Source of the DNA: a virus
Lineage: Duplodnaviria > Caudoviricetes
Direction: 5' to 3' (one strand)
IMG/VR virus record: IMGVR_UViG_3300002098_000020
Location: 1 to 34,456 of that record
DNA: 34,456 nt
Part shown: positions 8,601 through 15,903 of the stretch, in pieces
Position numbering within the stretch: the first letter of the stretch is position 1
Layout: each line of letters begins with the position of its first letter
Translations under genes and position numbers: made by a program
The notes under the pieces: model-generated
What the model saw: only the letters and a program-made list of their open reading frames with translations
The model's database searches: none
What the model was told of the DNA's origin: nothing

Positions 8601-10913
8601 AGCATAGGTAGCATTGGCCACTGTGCCTGTGACATTGGCACCTGTGACACTTGTTAAAAGTGATCCATTACCAATCAGATAACTGGCTGTGACATTGCCT
8701 GTTGTGCTGATTGAGTTAGATCCAAAATTGGCCAGGAATGTTGCCACATTGGCATTTGAATATGTGGCTGGTAAACCTGTTAGTTGGCTACCATTACCTA
8801 AAAAGTAGTTGCCTGTAATGTTGCCTGTGGCACTCACAACGCCACCAGTTAGCAAATTGCCTGCAGTAGTGTTTCCACTAACGCTTAGACTTGTTAGAGT
8901 GCCTACTGATGTAATATTGGCTTGTGCGTTGCCTGTGACTGTGACTGCGGTATTGGCTGTGTTAGCCGAACCAGCAGAGGTTGCGTATGTGGCATTGGCC
9001 ACTGTGCCGGTGACATTGGCGCCTGTAATGCTTGACAAAGCACTACCATTGCCCGTAATATATGTTCCAGACACATTGCCTGTGGCTGAAATGGCTATGT
9101 TTGTATTCCAGGCATTGGCTGTGCTATTGTATGTCAGCGTGGCATATTCAGATCCCTGTGGACCCACACCCAATCCGCCTCCATTGGCCTGTGCGGCAGT
9201 TGAGGCATTGTTGGCCACATTGATAAACTTGTCATCAATTGTGACCACATTTGAATGCACAGTTGTGGTGTTGCCATTCACAGTCAAATTGCCTGTAATC
9301 ACAGCATCTGATTGTACTGTCAAGTTACCTGTTGTGACATTACCTGTTGTTGAAATTGTGTTTGAACCAAAGTTGGCCAACAAGTTCACAACATTGGCAT
9401 TGCCGTATGCGCCAACAATGTTGCCAGCATTGATATTGGTCAAGCCTGCGCCATTGCCAGTAAACACACCACTTGTGCTGGTGATATTGCCAGTGGCTGT
9501 GATATCACCCGAGGTTGCGATACTTGTGAGTGTGCCAACTGATGTTATGTTGGGCTGTGCCGCAGTATAAACTGTGCCTGCCACCAGGGCATTGGCCACT
9601 TGACCTGACACATTGCTGCCAGATACTGCGTTGGCTACATCTGATACATTGGCATGATTAGCATAACTGGCACTGTTAGAATTCAAAGCATAGGTAGCGT
9701 TGGCCACAGTGCCTGTGACATTGGCACCAGTTAATGAGGTCAAGCCAGCGCCATTGCCTGTGAATAGGCCACCTGTTATGTTACCTGTTGTGCTGATTGA
9801 ATTTGATCCAAAGTTGGCCAGCAAACTGACCACATTGGCATTGCCATAAGAGGCTGCGATGCCTGTCAGTTGAGATCCATTGCCTAAGATATAGTTGCCG
9901 GAAATGTTTGCTGTGGTTGTAATATTACCTGTGCCGCTGATTATATTGCTGCCTAGGTTTGCAAGTAAATTTGTCACATTGGCATTGCCATATGTAGCAG
10001 GTAATCCAGTAAGTTGCGATCCATTACCAAAGAAGTAATTGCCTGTGATATTGCCTGTGGCCGAAACCACACCTGTGACATATTCACCTGTGGTGGCAAC
10101 AACCACAACATTACTGACTCCTGTAACTGAAGTTGTGACATTGCCATTGGCATTAACTACTACACTACTGTTGCCATTCACAATGCTGGGTGCTGGTGAT
10201 GCCGCAATAATGCCGGTCAACTGTGATCCATTACCAATAAAGAAACTGCTGGGGTTGGCTGTGATGTTGCCTGTTGCTGATATTGCGCCAGCAGTGAATA
10301 TATTACCACCTGTGATATTGCCTGTGGCTGAGATACTGCTGTCATTGCCTATTATTACTTGTTTAAATGTACCTGTTGTGTTTGATTGGAATGTGGCACC
10401 ACCTGAATCCAGATAGAACCAGGATCCTGTGCCTATGTCATAATGGTCCACAGGCAGCGTAACACTATTGCTGTATTGCATTTGCACAAAGTCATAACCT
10501 TGCACGGCCAGACCTTGACCGTATACTGTGGGTGTGCTTACATTATTTGCTATCACATTGCTGGCTGTGACATTGCCTGTGGTTGATACAGAATTAGATC
10601 CAAAGTTGGCCAATAATGACACAACATTACTATTGCCATATCCACCCACAATGTTACCACCAGGAATGTTAGTTAATCCAGCACCATTACCAATGAATAC
10701 ATTGCCTTGAATATTGCCAGTAGCCGTGATATTGGCCACTGTGTTTGAACCATCTGTACCTGCTGCCAACAGCGCAACCACATTGGCGTTGCCATAGGGT
10801 GTGGTGGGTACTATGACGCCTTGTGTGCTGGGATACAAGGTAGTAAAGTTGTTGCTACCTGTTGTGCCATTGCTTGAACTTGTGCTGTAAAGGCTGGTTG
10901 TGTTTCCACTCAT
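5634..10913 (-). CDS. Long tail fibre-like protein (1759 aa) with GNITGNYFxGNGSQLTG repeats and duplicated C-terminal module
   Basis: Gly/Asn/Thr-rich repetitive ORF following the adaptor gene; AAGGA RBS. Confidence 0.8.
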   Translation of the reverse strand: MSGNTTSLYSTSSSNGTTGSNNFTTLYPSTQGVIVPTTPYGNANVVALLAAGTDGSNTVANITATGNIQGNVFIGNGAGLTNIPGGNIVGGYGNSNVVSLLANFGSNSVSTTGNVTASNVIANNVSTPTVYGQGLAVQGYDFVQMQYSNSVTLPVDHYDIGTGSWFYLDSGGATFQSNTTGTFKQVIIGNDSSISATGNITGGNIFTAGAISATGNITANPSSFFIGNGSQLTGIIAASPAPSIVNGNSSVVVNANGNVTTSVTGVSNVVVVATTGEYVTGVVSATGNITGNYFFGNGSQLTGLPATYGNANVTNLLANLGSNIISGTGNITTTANISGNYILGNGSQLTGIAASYGNANVVSLLANFGSNSISTTGNITGGLFTGNGAGLTSLTGANVTGTVANATYALNSNSASYANHANVSDVANAVSGSNVSGQVANALVAGTVYTAAQPNITSVGTLTSIATSGDITATGNITSTSGVFTGNGAGLTNINAGNIVGAYGNANVVNLLANFGSNTISTTGNVTTGNLTVQSDAVITGNLTVNGNTTTVHSNVVTIDDKFINVANNASTAAQANGGGLGVGPQGSEYATLTYNSTANAWNTNIAISATGNVSGTYITGNGSALSSITGANVTGTVANATYATSAGSANTANTAVTVTGNAQANITSVGTLTSLSVSGNTTAGNLLTGGVVSATGNITGNYFLGNGSQLTGLPATYSNANVATFLANFGSNSISTTGNVTASYLIGNGSLLTSVTGANVTGTVANATYAVSAGSATTAGTVTTNAQPNITSVGILTSVSVSGNITAGNITNNGVSSVTGNVIAGNVLTGGIVSATGNITGNYFIGNGSQLTGITANAAGSNTQIQYNNANAFAGNAAMTFDNTSGNVTLSNLIIGTADATSPTRLNTSNAWSGASSALTTLQPGQMVIGNGYFGNLSPVNSTIASIRGAKALVWDSATVSETTGNGVRYNGLVVMPQVIMGNITNNVSLFRGGVGALAIGGGASANSFTNTNNGMFGVVGFNQSLTVGQPNATIALGNITLQGASASFGQLVTYAGANIANATAVLGQINNAGNITNALGTSVQFTGTAAVTPTNTIGYYMPGATATIGGTNSNSMRAATNYYFLKNDDAVAQTQLGTLRSYNEFRYDTATSGSIAIDKNNAQVQYIAPTANVTITGYNNMVTSLSDSVNTDQEIDTLTVLVQQGATPYTVTLPTGSTYQYAGNISTVPAVANSRSILTVVAANIAGTVNYFTTVQSDQAVASSYGDANVATFLAAFGSNTISTTGTITSGNITGANILTGGIVSATGNITGNYFIGNGSQLTGITATANAAGSNTQIQYNNAGAFAGSANLTFNNTTNTLATTTVTATANINGANLSITGNTIGANVLSYYTGNGTIVNSTVAGNVNATVYPNRIVYGNGYRGDYGANADPINFNRGSQLAVIGTQVVANADLNNASRLFTSSYFLDLNQGANITNTAKRFSGGGFFTQIGNGNLTLTAASGTNLGAVLNSGTQTLVVGNQGNVTMGNASVSHAAAFNSTFLAGTGGTAGNATGALVTVQLGAATSTFTTSQIAYTAQFQGTTGTPAGNVIGYYMPSNATPYGWNSTNLNRAATNYYFLKNDDSVAQNQLGSLRAYHTFQAGGNTTGTWDINKDNGQVQSVSATGNITIGSYTNFVTTANDGTNNDNQTDTVTLIIEQGSTPYTVTMPTGNAAIKYAGNVTTVASTANTTTMISITAYRTSANATGYLTTISPAFQ
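6964..7010. repeat. 47-bp exact direct repeat (second copy 8380-8426) inside fibre gene
   Basis: aagtagttgcctgtgatattgcctgttgcactcacaatgccacctgt at both positions, offset 1416 nt (472 codons). Confidence 0.9.
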
Positions 10914-10923
10914 TGCGGTGTCC

Positions 10924-11910
10924 TTATTTGATGTTGTATTGGCGATACTGGCGCGGCTGCCATACTGATGTTAATCGTGTGTGTCCGCCAGACCATTTGC
11001 CAAGGTTGTTTTGATCTTCCACAATGTTCCAAGCATCGTTATACTTGCTTTGATAGATTGCGGCGTCATCTTGATTGTGACGCTTGATATAGTATTCACG
11101 CAGGCTGGCATAAACATAGCCTTCCGACCAGGTCTGCAACACAGCATTTGATTGCACCACACGACCTGTGTTCTCCAACAAGGCAATATTGGTCACTGTG
11201 CCGGCTGTGGGTATTGTGCCACCAGTGGCTGTGAAGTTTACACTTGTGCTTGTGGTTGAAGAGACTGTGTACACACCACCTGTGCCCAATGAGCCTGTGC
11301 CTGCTGTGGCAGTGATAATACTGCCAGCAGTCAATCCTGTTGTCTCAGTCATACCTGTGATCTGTGCTGTCCAAGGGCCAGAACCTGCAATGGTTCCCAC
11401 TGTGCCTGTGGTTGAAACAATAATATCATCTATTGGTGAGAACAATAGTGGCCAGGCCTTGTAGTAGTACAAGTTGATCAAGGCGCCTTCGCCAATCCAG
11501 GGCAGGAACTGGTACATATTGTACACTTCAGAGAATTTGCCACGAATCACCATTGGCACATTCACAGGTGATAGATACAACTGTGCAATCATACTCTGTG
11601 TGATGATGTCTCTGTCGCCAATACGATCATACACAATCCAAGGTCCAGACTGACTGGGTGTTGAACCATTCTGATTGAAGAACAAAATTGGTTTGTTCAT
11701 ATCAGCCGGAATAGGAACTTGTCCTAGACTGTTGGCAACACCAATGTTTTCTGTGGCATATGGATCTGAGCGTAGTGCAGGCAGTTCAATGTTACGCATT
11801 GATAACTCTGCCAAGTAGATACATTGTTTGATTTCTTCAGTGTTGGTAGAACCTGTAAAATCTTTTAAGAATGACACAAGGCTGTCGCCTGTGGGGATTT
11901 GAAAACTCAT
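10924..11910 (-). CDS. Putative head-tail adaptor with inserted Thr/Gly-rich beta domain
   Basis: N-terminal IKQCIYLAELSMRNIEL and C-terminal LQTWSEGYVYASLREYY resemble podovirus adaptor helices; second gene after MCP. Confidence 0.6.
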   Translation of the reverse strand: MSFQIPTGDSLVSFLKDFTGSTNTEEIKQCIYLAELSMRNIELPALRSDPYATENIGVANSLGQVPIPADMNKPILFFNQNGSTPSQSGPWIVYDRIGDRDIITQSMIAQLYLSPVNVPMVIRGKFSEVYNMYQFLPWIGEGALINLYYYKAWPLLFSPIDDIIVSTTGTVGTIAGSGPWTAQITGMTETTGLTAGSIITATAGTGSLGTGGVYTVSSTTSTSVNFTATGGTIPTAGTVTNIALLENTGRVVQSNAVLQTWSEGYVYASLREYYIKRHNQDDAAIYQSKYNDAWNIVEDQNNLGKWSGGHTRLTSVWQPRQYRQYNIK

Positions 11911-12500
11911 ATGGTATGTCCTTTAAAGAACTTTTGTTCGCCAGCCTTGGCAGGATATGGAACATCAATTGGGATAGGCAATCGGCCATTTGGATAGCAA
12001 ATGTATTGTGGATACTCTTGTTGTACCACACGGTAAAATTGTGCTTTGAGTGTGCGATCGTGTTTGATAGCAGCCCAGGGCATACCACCAAAATATTGAT
12101 CACTGATTCTAATTGATACAACATTGGGCAAGTCCATCCATTTCCAACCCAGTGTGCCATCGGGCATTAGGGGTGCAAGTGGATCTGGATAGCCTGCTTC
12201 GGCTGCCTTGCGATATTCTGCACAGCGGCGTGCCACTGCTTCGGCATTCATTTGCTCACGCTTGATATAAAACTTGCCATCTTCGCGACCAGTGGTTACT
12301 TTGATATTTTTACTACCGCTCCAGTCAGTACGGCTCCAATCGCCTTTCATTGCATTGTATAACCGGTCGTTTTTTAGCAATTGATCAGCAACACCATTGT
12401 GGTTTGTGATTGTGCCACCAAAGTCTTGACGCCAGTAATCGTAGTTTTTGTCTGGGTCCGTGTCGTTGAGGTATTCAGGTTTGTTGGTATCTTGGGTCAT
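11907..12500 (-). CDS. Hypothetical protein following MCP (197 aa; start revised to ATG 12500, MTQDTNKPEY)
   Basis: The ORF-track start overlaps MCP and its terminator; GCTAAATA-CTTGT-ATG at 12500; ATGA overlap with next gene. Confidence 0.75.
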   Translation of the reverse strand: MTQDTNKPEYLNDTDPDKNYDYWRQDFGGTITNHNGVADQLLKNDRLYNAMKGDWSRTDWSGSKNIKVTTGREDGKFYIKREQMNAEAVARRCAEYRKAAEAGYPDPLAPLMPDGTLGWKWMDLPNVVSIRISDQYFGGMPWAAIKHDRTLKAQFYRVVQQEYPQYICYPNGRLPIPIDVPYPAKAGEQKFFKGHTI

Positions 12501-12505
12501 ACAAG

Positions 12506-12511
12506 TATTTA
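12506..12511 (-). promoter_or_regulatory. TAAATA late-type promoter, leaderless
   Basis: GCTAAATA-CTTGT-ATG(12500), just downstream of the MCP terminator. Confidence 0.75.
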
Positions 12512-12543
12512 GCGGCACCTGTAAATAGGACCAGAAAGCCCAA

Positions 12544-12570
12544 GAGAAAAGGCTCCGAAGAGCCTCTTCT
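12544..12570 (-). terminator. Intrinsic terminator after MCP with UUCG tetraloop
   Basis: Minus strand AGAAGAGGCTC-TTCG-GAGCCTTTTCTCTT. Confidence 0.8.
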
Positions 12571-12591
12571 GGTTTGCGAAAAAACTTACTA

Positions 12592-13764
12592 TTAGTAAGT
12601 TGATCCACCGCCAGCATTTGTGCGTGACACAAATGTGCTTGGGCGTGGGCCGCTTGGTGTAGAACCAGTTGTGGAGATGTTGTTCAACATACCAACGCCT
12701 GCTGGGTTACGCACAATCAATGTGCCTTCCATCAAGAACTGATCCAGGCTAGCATCCGCATTCGAAAATACTTCATTGTTGGGTCCTAAATCACGGAGGC
12801 TGCCCCACTGAAGAACATCCTCGTTCAAGAAGTAGATTGAGTTTGAAACACCTGATTGGTCCATAATCCATGAATCATAGATTTCGTATGTGTAGTTGAA
12901 GTCACCTTCATAAGTTTGGATTGTGTCGCCACGCTCCACATTACGACGGTTGATGCTGGTGTTAGAGTTAACAATGTTGTCAGAGATCATTGTGCGTAAG
13001 GATGTTGGAACAACCATAGTACGGATCTTGGCATTGTAACGCTGTTCAGCAGTGGTAACCAATTGCTTGTAAATCACAGGCTGGAAAGTTTGGTTGGTAA
13101 ATGTACCAGTGTAGAACTGTGTACCATTTGAATTGATAACCAAATTACCCACATTGGCTGTGGTTGAATCACTACTGGCACTTGTGAGGTTAGTTGTGAT
13201 GTTGGCTGCGGCGCCACCACTTGGGTTAAAACTTTGTGTACCAGCAAAGGCACTCAATGAGCCCATACGACGACCACCAGTTAGTGATGTTGTTGGGTTT
13301 GTGATTGCTGTGGATGTTTGACCACCGTATTGGCAACCGATTTGGTCAGCGCGAACCAATTGTTGTTCCACATCGAACATCAATTCGATCAATTGCTTGA
13401 CTTCTTGATAGGCCTGTGGATCACCACCAGATTGCATAACAGCACGAGCAGTACCAGAGGCAGCGATCGTTGTCTGGAAAATCTGTGTGTAGTTGGCCAA
13501 GTTGTAACGACTATTGTTTTCAGCATTGGCTGTTGAAACAGCGGCACCTTCTTGCACGGCCTGTGCTGAAGGCAAGCGATAGATGTCATCAGTCCACAAT
13601 GGGAGTGTTGAATTTACCTTGCGCTTTTTGCTCATTGCCATATTGAGCACTGGGGTATCGTCTTTTACGCGATTGGACACATCTAGGTCTAAGTCTTTAA
13701 CGACGATGTCGGTCTGATAACTGGTTGTACCATTACCAATTTGTGATGTTGTAATTTCTGCCAT
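12592..13764 (-). CDS. Major capsid protein (HK97 fold, DUF5309/SU10-like family)
   Basis: DTPVL, WTDD, NYTQIF, ELMFDVE and EGTLIVRNP motifs; strong RBS AAGGAG; downstream of scaffold. Confidence 0.9.
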   Translation of the reverse strand: MAEITTSQIGNGTTSYQTDIVVKDLDLDVSNRVKDDTPVLNMAMSKKRKVNSTLPLWTDDIYRLPSAQAVQEGAAVSTANAENNSRYNLANYTQIFQTTIAASGTARAVMQSGGDPQAYQEVKQLIELMFDVEQQLVRADQIGCQYGGQTSTAITNPTTSLTGGRRMGSLSAFAGTQSFNPSGGAAANITTNLTSASSDSTTANVGNLVINSNGTQFYTGTFTNQTFQPVIYKQLVTTAEQRYNAKIRTMVVPTSLRTMISDNIVNSNTSINRRNVERGDTIQTYEGDFNYTYEIYDSWIMDQSGVSNSIYFLNEDVLQWGSLRDLGPNNEVFSNADASLDQFLMEGTLIVRNPAGVGMLNNISTTGSTPSGPRPSTFVSRTNAGGGSTY

Positions 13765-13779
13765 TTTATTCTCCTTGAA

Positions 13780-13785
13780 TATTTA
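13780..13785 (-). promoter_or_regulatory. TAAATA late-type promoter for MCP
   Basis: TTAAATA-TTCAAGGAGAATAAA-ATG. Confidence 0.65.
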
Positions 13786-13793
13786 ATAGTTGG

Positions 13794-14300
13794 CTATTTT
13801 TTTACTGCTTTGTTTATGTGAGCCTGTCTTCTTGCTTCGCTCCAAGGTTTTCCCTTGCTTCTTGTATTGCCCAACATAGCAAGACTCTTTTTCTTTCGAG
13901 CCTCTTCAGAATGGCTTCCTGGGTATGTTCGACCTTTTTTAGCAGTCGACTTGCCTAAGCGTTGGGACCTCTGAATCTCTTTGGTCTCTTCACTCATGGG
14001 CAATCCACGATTCCATCCAGGCTGTGCAATACCATCATTGTTATGGCGATTATATGATCTCTGATCAGCACGGGCATTTACAAGTTGTAATATTTCTGTT
14101 TCCAGAGTATACATCTCTTCTGCTGTGCCTGTAGCAACTATAGTTCTTTTCCATTGTTCCAAATTGTTTTGGATTAAAGATCGAACATTTCGACTACTAC
14201 AAATATAACCATCATCAATGCAAGCATTACGACTGGTTCTTGAACCCACATACCAATTCATTGTTGGCGTATGCGTCCATTTATAAACATAACAGTTCAT
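13794..14300 (-). CDS. Free-standing GIY-YIG homing endonuclease with NUMOD3-like repeats
   Basis: YVY-x10-YVG, catalytic-type R, LETEIL and YN motifs; C-terminal MSEETKE and HSEEARKKKS. Confidence 0.85.
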   Translation of the reverse strand: MNCYVYKWTHTPTMNWYVGSRTSRNACIDDGYICSSRNVRSLIQNNLEQWKRTIVATGTAEEMYTLETEILQLVNARADQRSYNRHNNDGIAQPGWNRGLPMSEETKEIQRSQRLGKSTAKKGRTYPGSHSEEARKKKSLAMLGNTRSKGKPWSEARRQAHINKAVKK

Positions 14301-14301
14301 C

Positions 14302-15444
14302 TCAACGACCACCTCTTTGTGCGCCGCGTATCTGTGACAGGCGTTGCATCAGGAGGTTGTCACCGGCTTTTTTATCACCGGTCTTGGCTGCTTCACGAAG
14401 TTTCTCAATGCCTGAGTCTGAACGATTGCCCTGACTCGAGCCTCTACGCTGAGTTAATTGTGCTATGCTGGATCCTGCTTGGCGTGTGCTTGGTTTGGAA
14501 CGGTATTTTAAGCCGTCTCTCACAAGACTCAACAAGTTTTCATCACTTGATATCAAATCAATATTGGGTATGCCGGGGATCATCTCACTACGGGCTTGCG
14601 GCCAAATCTTGATCACCTTGTCACGCAGTTCATTAAAGACATATTCATTTTTCAAATCCTTGTCTTGGAATGCCTTGCGGTTGGTATCTAAAACTTGTGC
14701 AACTTGCTGGCGGCGTATGTCTCGAAATTGATCCACTGCTGGTTTCAACTGTCCAATAACCGCCTGCTGTGACTGAATATAATTTTCATTCTGTCTCATA
14801 CTCGCTTCGATTCTGGCACGCTGTCCAGGATCTTGCGTGGCGGCAAGTTGTTGATGGAACACAGTTTGATAACCCTGCGTTTTCACAATCTCATCATAAG
14901 CCTTCTGCAGTTGCGGTTGTACCGTAAACTCCATAGCCAGTGTTAATCCTTCTTGCTGTGCCCGTTGTTCTTTGAGATATTCATCAAACTCGGATCGCTC
15001 GACCTTTAACTGGCGTGCTTCTTCGTGTATGGCACCTCCCTGTCCTAGAATGCTTGCGGCTTTTCGGGCGTCGATAACAACTTCTTTACCATTACGGGTA
15101 AACTTGAACTTGGCATTGGGATTAGTCTCTGCAAATTCAATAAAGTCAATTAACTCTTCGCCGGTACTGTCTGTGTCTGGGTCGCTTACAGCGGGTTGCT
15201 GGGCGGTGTCCTCTTCAGTGCCGGTATCATCCTGTACATAGTCGGTTTCATCTTCAGAACCTGAGGGTTCTACAGGGCTTGTGGCTTCTGCCTCACTCTC
15301 CACATTACCTGTTGCAACGGCTTCGGTAGCAGGAACTTGGTTACGCATTGCGGCCATTTTCTGTGCTATTGAATCCAAAGAGATTGTTGCGTTTGTGTCA
15401 TTGGCCGTGCCCTGTGGGGCATTAGGCGTGATCGCTGTCATCAT
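14302..15444 (-). CDS. Capsid scaffolding protein
   Basis: Acidic disordered N-terminus, KFKFTRNGKEVVI, coiled coil and basic helical C-terminus; lies between portal and MCP. Confidence 0.8.
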   Translation of the reverse strand: MMTAITPNAPQGTANDTNATISLDSIAQKMAAMRNQVPATEAVATGNVESEAEATSPVEPSGSEDETDYVQDDTGTEEDTAQQPAVSDPDTDSTGEELIDFIEFAETNPNAKFKFTRNGKEVVIDARKAASILGQGGAIHEEARQLKVERSEFDEYLKEQRAQQEGLTLAMEFTVQPQLQKAYDEIVKTQGYQTVFHQQLAATQDPGQRARIEASMRQNENYIQSQQAVIGQLKPAVDQFRDIRRQQVAQVLDTNRKAFQDKDLKNEYVFNELRDKVIKIWPQARSEMIPGIPNIDLISSDENLLSLVRDGLKYRSKPSTRQAGSSIAQLTQRRGSSQGNRSDSGIEKLREAAKTGDKKAGDNLLMQRLSQIRGAQRGGR

Positions 15445-15493
15445 ATGTTTTTCCTAATTGTTCACAGGGCCTTGCGGTTACCCGTCGTATTGT

Positions 15494-15499
15494 TATTTA
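15494..15499 (-). promoter_or_regulatory. TAAATA late-type promoter for scaffold
   Basis: ACTAAATA in the 65-nt gap before the scaffold gene. Confidence 0.65.
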
Positions 15500-15509
15500 G
15501 TGCGGTAGT

Positions 15510-15866
15510 TTAAAACCCAGTGTTTTGGGCGTCTGGTTGCGATTCGAAAGTGACCATTTTGTTGCGTTGATACACGGCTCTACGCAGGCTTGTGACAAAT
15601 TGGTCAATGCCTGTGAGTTGGTGAGCAATGGCAATCCTTTGCAGGTTGTCTGCTTCGGTGTGTCCAGTGATTGTGGTCAGCATATCTGCCAATTCAAACT
15701 TGTAGTGATGCACAAACATAGCAAGATCCCTGTTGCGGATCAGGGTCTCTGCTTGGCTACCATAATTTTTCACTTGATCACGCTGTGATGGCGTTAGTCG
15801 TTTGACATTTGAGGTGTCTACGGTGAGTCTCGTGTTGAAACTCTCCACTGTTTCTGTTTCTATCAT
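15510..15866 (-). CDS. Small helical head-module protein (118 aa)
   Basis: ORF with AGGA RBS between portal and scaffold. Confidence 0.7.
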   Translation of the reverse strand: MIETETVESFNTRLTVDTSNVKRLTPSQRDQVKNYGSQAETLIRNRDLAMFVHHYKFELADMLTTITGHTEADNLQRIAIAHQLTGIDQFVTSLRRAVYQRNKMVTFESQPDAQNTGF

Positions 15867-15903
15867 ATCATTTCCTATCTAAAAAAAAGTCACACGCTTA
15901 TAG

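Noticed and set aside
6748-10710. Plus-strand MPVILPVA-type ORFs
   Set aside because: They are antisense shadows of the fibre repeats, with no RBS or promoter.
5634-10913. Diversity-generating retroelement or CRISPR array in the repeats
   Set aside because: No reverse transcriptase, adenine-specific TR/VR pair or regular repeat-spacer pattern; the repeats are in-frame protein repeats.
13765-14312. Group I intron around the GIY-YIG gene
   Set aside because: Flanking genes are intact with their own start and stop, and there is no room for a ribozyme core.
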